Positions 1 to 11,888 of a DNA stretch of 64,000 nt are shown here, piece after piece (position 1 is the first letter of the stretch; the number at the start of each line of letters is the position of its first letter). Made by a program: the position numbers and the translations under genes. This DNA is from Balanoglossus misakiensis (lineage: Eukaryota; Animalia; Hemichordata). The stretch lies in contig CM082585.2 in NCBI GenBank assembly GCA_040954595.2, forward strand, positions 324,814 through 388,813. The letters are read 5' to 3'. The notes under the pieces are model-generated. The model saw only the letters and a program-made list of their open reading frames with translations, was not told the DNA's origin and searched no databases.

Positions 1-3000
1 CTTTTTAGTAAAACATATCCAGTTATGTGACCATTCTTTGAATTCATTTTATGATGTAAGAAATTAAATTATTTGCAATATTAATCTATCCCTTATAACA
101 TTCCAGCATAACTCATTCCATATTTGTTTTCATTCTGTGACTGTTCCACTTAAATCTTGTAGAGAATTCGTTATTCCAAAACAAAGCCTTGAAACTATAC
201 ATAAGTCTTTTTGAAAAACATGGCCCGTTATGTGAACATTCTTTGAATTCCATTTATGATGTAAGAAATTAAAATATTTGCAATATTAATCTATCCCTTA
301 CAACATTCCGGCATAACGCTTTCCATATTTGTTTTCATTCTGTGACAGTTCAACTTAAATCTTGTAGAGAATTCGTTATTTCAAAACAAAGCCTTCAAAC
401 TATACATATTAAGTCTTTTTAGTAAAACATGGCCCGTTATTTGACCATTCTTTGTATTTCATTTATGATGTAAGAAATTAAATTATTTGCAATATATAAC
501 TATCCCTTACAACATTCCAACATAACTCTTTCCATATTAGTTTTCAATCTGTAACTGTTCCACTTAAATCTTGTAGAGAATTCGTTATTCCAAAACAAAG
601 CCTTGAAACTATACATATTAAGTCTTTTTAGTAAAACATGGCCCGTTATTTGACCATTCTTTGAATTTCATTTATGATGTAAGAATTTAAATTATTTGCA
701 ATATTAATCTATCCCTTACAACATTCCAGCATAACTCTTTCCATATTTGTTTTCATTCTGTGACTGTTCCACTTAAATCTTGAAGAGAATTCGTTATTCC
801 AAAACAAAGTCTTGAAACTATACATAAGTCTTTTTGTAAAACATGGCCCGTTATGTGACCATTCTTTGAATTCTATTTATGATGGAAGAAATTAAATTAT
901 TTGCAATATTAATCTATCCCTTACAACATTCCAGCATATCTCTTTCCATATTTGTTTTCATTCTGTGACTGTTCCACTTAAATCTTGTAGAGAATTCGTT
1001 ATTCCAAAACAAAGCCTTGAAACTATACATAAGTCTTTTTAGTAAAACATATCCAGTTATGTGACCATTCTTTGAATTCATTTTATGATGTAAGAAATTA
1101 AATTATTTGCAATATTAATCTATCCCTTACAACATTCCAGCATATCTCTTTCCATATTTGTTTTCATTCTGTGACTGTTCCACTTAAATCTTGTAGAGAA
1201 TTCGTTATTCCATAACAAAGCCTTGAAACTAAAACATAAGTCTTTTTAGTAAAACATATCCAGTTATGTGACCATTCTTTGAATTCATTTTATGATGTAA
1301 GAAATTAAATTATTTGCAATATTAATCTATCCCTTACAACATTCCAGCATAAATATTTGAATATTTGTTTTCATTCTGTAACTGTTCAACTTAAATCTTG
1401 GAGAGAATTCGTTATTCCAAAGCAAAGCCTTGAAACTATACATAAGTCTTTTTAGTAAAACATGGCCCGTTATGTGACCATTCTTTGAATTCCATTTATG
1501 ATCTAAGTAATTAAATTATTTGCAATATTAATCTATCCCTTACAACATTCCAGCATAACTCTTTCCATATTTGTTTTCATTCTGTGACTGTTCCACTTAA
1601 ATCCTGTAGAGAATTCATTATTCCAAAACAAAGCCTTGAAACTATACATATCCTGTTACGTGACGATTCTTTGAATTCCATTTATGATGTAAGAAATTAA
1701 ATTATTTGCAATATTAATCTATTCCTTACAACATTCTGGCATAACTCTTTCCATATTTGTTTTCATTCTGTGACTGTTCCACTTAAATCTTGTAGAGAGT
1801 TCGTTATTCCAAAACAAAGCCTTGAAACTATAACATAAGTCTTTTTAGTAAAACATATCCTGTTATGTGACCATTCTGTGAATTCCATTTATGATGTAAG
1901 AAATTAAATTATTTGCAATATTAATCTATCCCTTACAACATTCCGGCATAACTCTTTCCATATTTGTTTTCATTCTGTAACTGTTACACTTAAATCTTGT
2001 AGAGAATTCGTTATTCCAAAACAAAGCCTTCAAACTATACATATTAAGTCTTTATAGTAAAACATGGCCCATTATTTGACCATTCTTTGAATTTCATTGA
2101 TGATGTAAGAAATTAAATTATTTGCAATATATAACTATCCCTTACAACATTCCAACATAACTCTTTCCATATTTGTTTTCATTCTGTAACTGTTCCACTT
2201 AAATCGTGTAGAGAATTCGTTATTCCAAAACAAAGCCTTGAAACTATAACATAAGTCTTTTTAGTAAAACATATCCAGTTATGTGACCATTCTTTGAATT
2301 CATTTTATGATGTAAGAATTTAAATTATTTGCAATATTAATCTATCCCTTACAACATTCCAACATAACTCTTTCCATATTTGTTTTCATTCTGTAACTGT
2401 TCCACTTAAATCGTGTAGAGAATTCGTTATTCCAAAACAAAGCCTTGAAACTATAACATAAGTCTTTTTAGTAAAACATATCCAGTTATGTGACCATTTT
2501 TTGAATTCATTTTATGATGTAAGAATTTAAATTATTTGCAATATTAATCTATCCCTTACAACATTCCAGCATAACTCTTTCCATATTTGTTTTCATTCTG
2601 TGACTGTTCCACTTAAATCTTGTAGAGAATTCGTTATTCCAAAACAAAGCCTTGAAACTATACATAAGTCTTTTTGTAAAACATGGCCCGTTATGTGACC
2701 ATTCTTTGAATTCCATTTATGATGGAAGAAATTAAATTATTTGCAATATTAATCTATCCCTTACAACATTCCAGCATATCTCTTTCCATATTTGTTTTCA
2801 TTCTGTGACTGTTCCACTTAAATCTTGTAGAGAATTCGTTATTCCAAAACAAAGCCTTGAAACTATACATATCCTGTTACGTGACGTTTCTTTGAATTCC
2901 ATTTATGATGTAAGAAATTAAATTATTTGCAATATTAATCTATTCCTTACAACATTCCGGCATAACTCTTTCCATATTTGTTTTCATTCTGTAACTGTTC

Positions 3001-4866
3001 CACTTAAATCTTGTAGAGAATTCGTTATTCCAAAACAAAGCCTTGAAACTATAACATAAGTCTTTTTAGTAAAGCATATCCTGTTATGTGACCATTCTTT
3101 GAATTCATTTTATGATGTAAGAAATTAAATTATTTGCAATCTTAATCTATCCCTTACAACATTCCAGCATATCTCTTTCCATATTTGTTTTCATTCTGTG
3201 ACTGTTCCACTTAAATCTTGTAGAGAATTCGTTATTCCAAAACAAAGCCTTGAAACTATAACATAAGTATTTTAGTAAAACATATCCAGTTATGTGACCA
3301 TTCTTTGAATTCATTTTATGATGTAAGAAATTAAATTATTTGCAATATTAATCTATCCCTTACAACATTCCAGCATAACTCTTTCCATATTTGTTTTCAT
3401 TCTGTGACTGTTCCACTTAAATCTTGTAGAGAATTCGTTATTCCAAAACAAAGCCTTGAAACTATACATATCCTGTTACGTGACGTTTCTTTGAATTCCA
3501 TTTATGATGTAAGAAATTAAATTATTTGCAATATTAATCTATTCCTTACAACATTCCGGCATAACTCTTTCCATATTTGTTTTCATTCTGTAACTGTTCC
3601 ACTTAAATCTTGTAGAGAATTCGTTATTCCAAAACAAAGCCTTGAAACTATAACATAAGTCTTTTTAGTAAAACATATCCTGTTATGTGACCATTCTTTG
3701 AATTCATTTTATGATGTAAGAAATTAAATTATTTGCAATATTAATCTATCCCTTACAACATTCCAGCATATCTCTTTCCATATTTGTTTTCATTCTGTGA
3801 CTGTTCCACTTAAATCTTGTAGAGAATTCGTTATTCCAAAACAAAGCCTTGAAACTATACATAAGTCTTTTTGTAAAACATGGCCCGTTATGTGACCATT
3901 CTTTGAATTCCATTTATGATGTAAGAAATTAAATTATTTGCAATATTAATCTATCCCTTACAACATTCCGGCATAACGCTTTCCATATTTGTTTTCATTC
4001 TGTGACTGTTCAACTTAAATCTTGTAGAGAATTCGTTATTCCAAAACAAAGCCTTGAAACTATACATATCCTGTTACGTGACGTTTCTTTGAATTCCATT
4101 TATGATGTAAGAAATTAAATTATTTGCAATATTAATCTATTCCTTACAACATTCCGGCATAACTCTTTCCATATTTGTTTTCATTCTGTAACTGTTACAC
4201 TTAAATCTTGTAGAGAATTCGTTATTCCTAAACAAAGCCTTGAAACTATACATATTAAGTCTTTATAGTAAAACATGGCCCGTTATTTGACCATTCTTTG
4301 AATTTCATTTATGATGTAAGAAATTAAATTATTTGCAATATATAACTATCCCTTACAACATTCCAACATAACTCTTTCCATATTTGTTTTCATTCTGTAA
4401 CTGTTCCACTTAAATCGTGTAGAGAATTCGTTATTCCAAAACAAAGCCTTGAAACTATAACATAAGTCTTTTTAGTAAAACATATCCAGTTATGTGACCA
4501 TTCTTTGAATTCATTTTATGATGTAAGAATTTAAATTATTTGCAATATTAATCTATCCCTTACAACATTCCAGCATAACTCTTTCCATATTTGTTTTCAT
4601 TCTGTGACTGTTCCACTTAAATCTTGTAGAGAATTCGTTATTCCAAAACAAAGCCTTGAAACTATACATAAGTCTTTTTGTAAAACATGGCCCGTTATGT
4701 GACCATTCTTTGAATTCCATTTATGATGGAAGAAATTAAATTATTTGCAATAATAATCTATCCCTTACAACATTCCAGCATATCTCTTTCCATATTTGTT
4801 TTCATTCTGTGACTGTTCCACTTAAATCTTGTAGAGAATTCGTTATTCCAAAACAAAGCCTTGAAA
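1..4866 (+). repeat. AT-rich tandem satellite array, segment 1 (monomers ~205-209 bp and 186 bp); truncated by the window start
   Basis: The anchor CTTTGAATTC recurs at 36 and 241 (205 bp) and at 1483 and 1669 (186 bp). Consensus is approximately CTTTGAATTCCATTTATGATGTAAGAAATTAAATTATTTGCAATATTAATCTATCCCTTACAACATTCCAGCATAACTCTTTCCATATTTGTTTTCATTCTGTGACTGTTCCACTTAAATCTTGTAGAGAATTCGTTATTCCAAAACAAAGCCTTGAAACTATACATAAGTCTTTTTAGTAAAACATGGCCCGTTATGTGACCATT. Most monomers carry two EcoRI sites. Confidence 0.98.
4860..4866 (+). other. Left target-site duplication CTTGAAA (copy 1)
   Basis: Identical 7-mer at 6049-6055. Uninterrupted monomers carry it once (GCCTTGAAACTATA). Confidence 0.9.
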
Positions 4867-4898
4867 CACGGTTACTAGAAGAAGACGGTTAGGAAACT
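4867..4898 (+). repeat. Left TIR, 32 bp (copy 1)
   Basis: Exact reverse complement of 6017-6048. Contains ACGGTTA twice (4868-4874, 4885-4891). Confidence 0.96.
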
Positions 4899-4967
4899 CT
4901 ATTGTTCGGAAGGTGTGAACGAGGTGTTAGCTAGGAGAGTACATGTCCAAACCGCTACGCGCGTTGA

Positions 4968-4975
4968 TGACGTCA
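4968..4975. promoter_or_regulatory. CRE-consensus palindrome TGACGTCA in the left subterminal region (also at 10808-10815)
   Basis: Exact octamer match. Function is not demonstrated. Confidence 0.3.
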
Positions 4976-5885
4976 CAGCTTGGGTTTGTGGCGTGGGTAC
5001 GCTCTGGTGTGTTCCTGCACATTCCAGAAATTTCAGCCAAGAGAAGTGGATTTTATCGCTTGAACAGATCGTACTGTTGGGTGAACGTCTTTTCTATTCT
5101 ACGATGGGTATTTCATACAGATTCTTCCAGTTCTGAGGTCAAATTCTTGATTGTGTTTTATGATGTCTAAATCATAAGAGCCTGATGGCGACTTAGGATG
5201 ACCTAGCTAATTTTTGAACCCCTTCAACTGCCCTTTTTCGTCAAGAGTACATAGTCATTTTTTTTTTACGAGTTCCATATTTGCTTACGGAGTGCACGGT
5301 CATAGTCTGTTCGGGTTCGGGCACTCTGTAACCGCGATATCACTGCCCGTTCCGAGTGTTCCAATATTTCATTTTCTATCAACGTTTCTTGGGCTGGTTA
5401 ACTATAAGTCCGTCACCGAAACAAAATTTCGTCTGATTACTACTCTATCAGTTACCATATGGTAGACTGTTATCTTTCGGCTTGGAAATTTACATTTTAT
5501 ATGGTTTAGTGGAAGCAAACGCACCAAACGCCGTGAATTAAAATAGTGGTCGTGAAAAGGACATTATTCCAAGATTCAAAATGGCGTCGAATTTCGAACC
5601 CGTAGAATTCAACTCTGATGGTCGCATTTCTGTTATTTTTTAATATATTTATATATTTTACTCCTTTTTGTAGTGCATGGGCTATTTCGTTAATTCCATG
5701 TGGCATATTTCGTCGAGATTTCATACGCATTTCGATAACCGTAGTAACATTGATGTATGGCGGCCATCTTGTTTGTTTTGGTTCGCATCGAATCTCTAGG
5801 GCTTGATTCAAGACAAATATTGTATGGCTTCACCACGTCCTTGAAAGTTCAAAATTGAGTATGGTTTGCATTGGATTGTGGGGGG

Positions 5886-5897
5886 AATGACGTCATT
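5886..5897. promoter_or_regulatory. 12-bp palindrome AATGACGTCATT (CRE consensus) near a minus-strand CCAAT at 5870-5874 (also at 11726-11737)
   Basis: Exact motif matches. Function is not demonstrated. Confidence 0.35.
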
Positions 5898-6016
5898 TTT
5901 ACCGAGCGGTCAGTTATTCTGTCTGTTTATTCGTACGGCCAGGCTCGTTAGCACCTGATATCTTTCGTTTACACTAAGTGTTTACCGAGGCGAGCATCTA
6001 ACAAAGGAGAAAAAAT

Positions 6017-6048
6017 AGTTTCCTAACCGTCTTCTTCTAGTAACCGTG
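6017..6048 (-). repeat. Right TIR, 32 bp (copy 1)
   Basis: AGTTTCCTAACCGTCTTCTTCTAGTAACCGTG is the reverse complement of 4867-4898. Confidence 0.96.
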
Positions 6049-6055
6049 CTTGAAA
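6049..6055 (+). other. Right target-site duplication CTTGAAA (copy 1)
   Basis: Matches 4860-4866. The satellite resumes in register (CTATAACATAAG). Confidence 0.9.
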
Positions 6056-9000
6056 CTATAACATAAGTCTTTTTAGTAAAACATATCCAGTTATGTGACC
6101 ATTCTTTGAATTCATTTTATGATGTAAGAAATTAAATTATTTGCAATATTAATCTATCCCTTACAACATTCCAGCATAACTCTTTCCATATTTGTTTTCA
6201 TTCTGTGACTGTTCCACTTAAATCTTGTAGAGAATTCGTTATTCCAAAACAAAGCCTTGAAACTATACATATCCTGTTACGTGACGTTTCTTTGAATTCC
6301 ATTTATGATGTAAGAAATTAAATTATTTGCAATATTAATCTATTCCTTACAACATTCCGGCATAACTCTTTCCATATTAGTTTTCAATCTGTAACTGTTC
6401 CACTTAAATCTTGTAGAGAATTCGTTATTCCAAAACAAAGCCTTGAAACTATACATATTAAGTCTTTTTAGTAAAACATGGCCCGTTATTTGACCATTCT
6501 TTGAATTTCATTTATGATGTAAGAATTTAAATTATTTGCAATATTAATCTATCCCTTACAACATTCCAGCATAACTCTTTCCATATTTGTTTTCATTCTG
6601 TGACTGTTCCACTTAAATCTTGAAGAGAATTCGTTATTCCAAAACAAAGTCTTGAAACTATACATAAGTCTTTTTGTAAAACATGGCCCGTTATGTGACC
6701 ATTCTTTGAATTCTATTTATGATGGAAGAAATTAAATTATTTGCAATATTAATCTATCCCTTACAACATTCCAGCATATCTCTTTCCATATTTGTTTTCA
6801 TTCTGTGACTGTTCCACTTAAATCTTGTAGAGAATTCGTTATTCCAAAACAAAGCCTTGAAACTATACATAAGTCTTTTTAGTAAAACATATCCAGTTAT
6901 GTGACCATTCTTTGAATTCATTTTATGATGTAAGAAATTAAATTATTTGCAATATTAATCTATCCCTTACAACATTCCAGCATATCTCTTTCCATATTTG
7001 TTTTCATTCTGTGACTGTTCCACTTAAATCTTGTAGAGAATTCGTTATTCCATAACAAAGCCTTGAAACTAAAACATAAGTCTTTTTAGTAAAACATATC
7101 CAGTTATGTGACCATTCTTTGAATTCATTTTATGATGTAAGAAATTAAATTATTTGCAATATTAATCTATCCCTTACAACATTCCAGCATAAATATTTGA
7201 ATATTTGTTTTCATTCTGTAACTGTTCAACTTAAATCTTGGAGAGAATTCGTTATTCCAAAGCAAAGCCTTGAAACTATACATAAGTCTTTTTAGTAAAA
7301 CATGGCCCGTTATGTGACCATTCTTTGAATTCCATTTATGATCTAAGTAATTAAATTATTTGCAATATTAATCTATCCCTTACAACATTCCAGCATAACT
7401 CTTTCCATATTTGTTTTCATTCTGTGACTGTTCCACTTAAATCCTGTAGAGAATTCATTATTCCAAAACAAAGCCTTGAAACTATACATATCCTGTTACG
7501 TGACGATTCTTTGAATTCCATTTATGATGTAAGAAATTAAATTATTTGCAATATTAATCTATTCCTTACAACATTCTGGCATAACTCTTTCCATATTTGT
7601 TTTCATTCTGTGACTGTTCCACTTAAATCTTGTAGAGAGTTCGTTATTCCAAAACAAAGCCTTGAAACTATAACATAAGTCTTTTTAGTAAAACATATCC
7701 TGTTATGTGACCATTCTGTGAATTCCATTTATGATGTAAGAAATTAAATTATTTGCAATATTAATCTATCCCTTACAACATTCCGGCATAACTCTTTCCA
7801 TATTTGTTTTCATTCTGTAACTGTTACACTTAAATCTTGTAGAGAATTCGTTATTCCAAAACAAAGCCTTCAAACTATACATATTAAGTCTTTATAGTAA
7901 AACATGGCCCATTATTTGACCATTCTTTGAATTTCATTGATGATGTAAGAAATTAAATTATTTGCAATATATAACTATCCCTTACAACATTCCAACATAA
8001 CTCTTTCCATATTTGTTTTCATTCTGTAACTGTTCCACTTAAATCGTGTAGAGAATTCGTTATTCCAAAACAAAGCCTTGAAACTATAACATAAGTCTTT
8101 TTAGTAAAACATATCCAGTTATGTGACCATTCTTTGAATTCATTTTATGATGTAAGAATTTAAATTATTTCCAATATTAATCTATCACTTACAACATTCC
8201 AACATAACTCTTTCCATATTTGTTTTCATTCTGTAACTGTTCCACTTAAATCGTGTAGAGAATTCGTTATTCCAAAACAAAGCCTTGAAACTATAACATA
8301 AGTCTTTTTAGTAAAACATATCCAGTTATGTGACCATTTTTTGAATTCATTTTATGATGTAAGAATTTAAATTATTTGCAATATTAATCTATCCCTTACA
8401 ACATTCCAGCATAACTCTTTCCATATTTGTTTTCATTCTGTGACTGTTCCACTTAAATCTTGTAGAGAATTCGTTATTCCAAAACAAAGCCTTGAAACTA
8501 TACATAAGTCTTTTTGTAAAACATGGCCCGTTATGTGACCATTCTTTGAATTCCATTTATGATGGAAGAAATTAAATTATTTGCAATATTAATCTATCCC
8601 TTACAACATTCCAGCATATCTCTTTCCATATTTGTTTTCATTCTGTGACTGTTCCACTTAAATCTTGTAGAGAATTCGTTATTCCAAAACAAAGCCTTGA
8701 AACTATACATATCCTGTTACGTGACGTTTCTTTGAATTCCATTTATGATGTAAGAAATTAAATTATTTGCAATATTAATCTATTCCTTACAACATTCCGG
8801 CATAACTCTTTCCATATTTGTTTTCATTCTGTAACTGTTCCACTTAAATCTTGTAGAGAATTCGTTATTCCAAAACAAAGCCTTGAAACTATAACATAAG
8901 TCTTTTTAGTAAAGCATATCCTGTTATGTGACCATTCTTTGAATTCATTTTATGATGTAAGAAATTAAATTATTTGCAATCTTAATCTATCCCTTACAAC

Positions 9001-10706
9001 ATTCCAGCATATCTCTTTCCATATTTGTTTTCATTCTGTGACTGTTCCACTTAAATCTTGTAGAGAATTCGTTATTCCAAAACAAAGCCTTGAAACTATA
9101 ACATAAGTATTTTAGTAAAACATATCCAGTTATGTGACCATTCTTTGAATTCATTTTATGATGTAAGAAATTAAATTATTTGCAATATTAATCTATCCCT
9201 TACAACATTCCAGCATAACTCTTTCCATATTTGTTTTCATTCTGTGACTGTTCCACTTAAATCTTGTAGAGAATTCGTTATTCCAAAACAAAGCCTTGAA
9301 ACTATACATATCCTGTTACGTGACGTTTCTTTGAATTCCATTTATGATGTAAGAAATTAAATTATTTGCAATATTAATCTATTCCTTACAACATTCCGGC
9401 ATAACTCTTTCCATATTTGTTTTCATTCTGTAACTGTTCCACTTAAATCTTGTAGAGAATTCGTTATTCCAAAACAAAGCCTTGAAACTATAACATAAGT
9501 CTTTTTAGTAAAACATATCCTGTTATGTGACCATTCTTTGAATTCATTTTATGATGTAAGAAATTAAATTATTTGCAATATTAATCTATCCCTTACAACA
9601 TTCCAGCATATCTCTTTCCATATTTGTTTTCATTCTGTGACTGTTCCACTTAAATCTTGTAGAGAATTCGTTATTCCAAAACAAAGCCTTGAAACTATAC
9701 ATAAGTCTTTTTGTAAAACATGGCCCGTTATGTGACCATTCTTTGAATTCCATTTATGATGTAAGAAATTAAATTATTTGCAATATTAATCTATCCCTTA
9801 CAACATTCCGGCATAACGCTTTCCATATTTGTTTTCATTCTGTGACTGTTCAACTTAAATCTTGTAGAGAATTCGTTATTCCAAAACAAAGCCTTGAAAC
9901 TATACATATCCTGTTACGTGACGTTTCTTTGAATTCCATTTATGATGTAAGAAATTAAATTATTTGCAATATTAATCTATTCCTTACAACATTCCGGCAT
10001 AACTCTTTCCATATTTGTTTTCATTCTGTAACTGTTACACTTAAATCTTGTAGAGAATTCGTTATTCCTAAACAAAGCCTTGAAACTATACATATTAAGT
10101 CTTTATAGTAAAACATGGCCCGTTATTTGACCATTCTTTGAATTTCATTTATGATGTAAGAAATTAAATTATTTGCAATATATAACTATCCCTTACAACA
10201 TTCCAACATAACTCTTTCCATATTTGTTTTCATTCTGTAACTGTTCCACTTAAATCGTGTAGAGAATTCGTTATTCCAAAACAAAGCCTTGAAACTATAA
10301 CATAAGTCTTTTTAGTAAAACATATCCAGTTATGTGACCATTCTTTGAATTCATTTTATGATGTAAGAATTTAAATTATTTGCAATATTAATCTATCCCT
10401 TACAACATTCCAGCATAACTCTTTCCATATTTGTTTTCATTCTGTGACTGTTCCACTTAAATCTTGTAGAGAATTCGTTATTCCAAAACAAAGCCTTGAA
10501 ACTATACATAAGTCTTTTTGTAAAACATGGCCCGTTATGTGACCATTCTTTGAATTCCATTTATGATGGAAGAAATTAAATTATTTGCAATAATAATCTA
10601 TCCCTTACAACATTCCAGCATATCTCTTTCCATATTTGTTTTCATTCTGTGACTGTTCCACTTAAATCTTGTAGAGAATTCGTTATTCCAAAACAAAGCC
10701 TTGAAA
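6049..10706 (+). repeat. Satellite array, segment 2
   Basis: Same monomer and same orientation, lying between the two transposon copies. Confidence 0.98.
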
Positions 10707-11888
10707 CACGGTTACTAGAAGAAGACGGTTAGGAAACTCTATTGTTCGGAAGGTGTGAACGAGGTGTTAGCTAGGAGAGTACATGTCCAAACCGCTACGC
10801 GCGTTGATGACGTCACAGCTTGGGTTTGTGGCGTGGGTACGCTCTGGTGTGTTCCTGCACATTCCAGAAATTTCAGCCAAGAGAAGTGGATTTTATCGCT
10901 TGAACAGATCGTACTGTTGGGTGAACGTCTTTTCTATTCTACGATGGGTATTTCATACAGATTCTTCCAGTTCTGAGGTCAAATTCTTGATTGTGTTTTA
11001 TGATGTCTAAATCATAAGAGCCTGATGGCGACTTAGGATGACCTAGCTAATTTTTGAACCCCTTCAACTGCCCTTTTTCGTCAAGAGTACATAGTCATTT
11101 TTTTTTTACGAGTTCCATATTTGCTTACGGAGTGCACGGTCATAGTCTGTTCGGGTTCGGGCACTCTGTAACCGCGATATCACTGCCCGTTCCGAGTGTT
11201 CCAATATTTCATTTTCTATCAACGTTTCTTGGGCTGGTTAACTATAAGTCCGTCACCGAAACAAAATTTCGTCTGATTACTACTCTATCAGTTACCATAT
11301 GGTAGACTGTTATCTTTCGGCTTGGAAATTTACATTTTATATGGTTTAGTGGAAGCAAACGCACCAAACGCCGTGAATTAAAATAGTGGTCGTGAAAAGG
11401 ACATTATTCCAAGATTCAAAATGGCGTCGAATTTCGAACCCGTAGAATTCAACTCTGATGGTCGCATTTCTGTTATTTTTTAATATATTTATATATTTTA
11501 CTCCTTTTTGTAGTGCATGGGCTATTTCGTTAATTCCATGTGGCATATTTCGTCGAGATTTCATACGCATTTCGATAACCGTAGTAACATTGATGTATGG
11601 CGGCCATCTTGTTTGTTTTGGTTCGCATCGAATCTCTAGGGCTTGATTCAAGACAAATATTGTATGGCTTCACCACGTCCTTGAAAGTTCAAAATTGAGT
11701 ATGGTTTGCATTGGATTGTGGGGGGAATGACGTCATTTTTACCGAGCGGTCAGTTATTCTGTCTGTTTATTCGTACGGCCAGGCTCGTTAGCACCTGATA
11801 TCTTTCGTTTACACTAAGTGTTTACCGAGGCGAGCATCTAACAAAGGAGAAAAAATAGTTTCCTAACCGTCTTCTTCTAGTAACCGTG
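10707..11888. mobile_element. Non-autonomous TIR DNA transposon, 1,182 bp; copy 2 (passive duplicate of copy 1)
   Basis: TIRs at 10707-10738 and 11857-11888, TSD CTTGAAA at 10700-10706 and 11889-11895. No difference from copy 1 was spotted by eye, and the flanking monomers are identical. Confidence 0.93.

Larger units (their letters stand above)
4867..6048. mobile_element. Non-autonomous TIR DNA transposon (MITE-like), 1,182 bp, probably P-element superfamily; copy 1
   Basis: Perfect 32-bp TIRs CACGGTTACTAGAAGAAGACGGTTAGGAAACT (4867-4898, reverse complement at 6017-6048) and 7-bp TSD CTTGAAA. Composition is visibly more GC/CpG-rich than the satellite, and the longest ORF is 101 aa. 5'-CANRG termini with a 7/8-bp TSD are characteristic of the P superfamily; the superfamily call is an inference and less certain than the element call. 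Confidence 0.93.

Noticed and set aside
161-240. CENP-B box in TTCGTTATTCC or GGCCCGTTA
   Set aside because: Neither strand satisfies the TTCG-N4-A-N2-CGGG core. Only partial 4-nt matches occur in separate places.
4860-4867. 8-bp TSD CTTGAAAC (hAT-like reading)
   Set aside because: This would require taking the first C of the left TIR while keeping the matching G on the right, which breaks TIR symmetry. The 7-bp reading is more parsimonious, though other copies should confirm it.
4915-5811. Five short ORFs (62-101 aa) inside the element, repeated at 10755-11651
   Set aside because: Several start at GTG/TTG and they overlap on both strands. I recognise no THAP (C2CH), DDE or other domain. 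They recur only because of the duplication. A tBLASTx/HMM search could still reveal a decayed transposase fragment.
5840-5846. Internal CTTGAAA identical to the TSD
   Set aside because: A single AT-rich 7-mer with no flanking satellite homology or TIR, so it is compatible with chance.
10707-11888. Second, independent site-specific insertion of the element
   Set aside because: Kilobases of flanking private SNPs are shared with copy 1 at a fixed +5840 offset, so it is a segmental duplicate and not evidence of targeting.
4867-11888. LTR retrotransposon or composite transposon, with the two 1.18-kb direct repeats as LTRs/IS ends
   Set aside because: Each copy has its own TIRs and TSD and lacks TG...CA termini. 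The interior is plain satellite, and the duplication extends beyond the copies.
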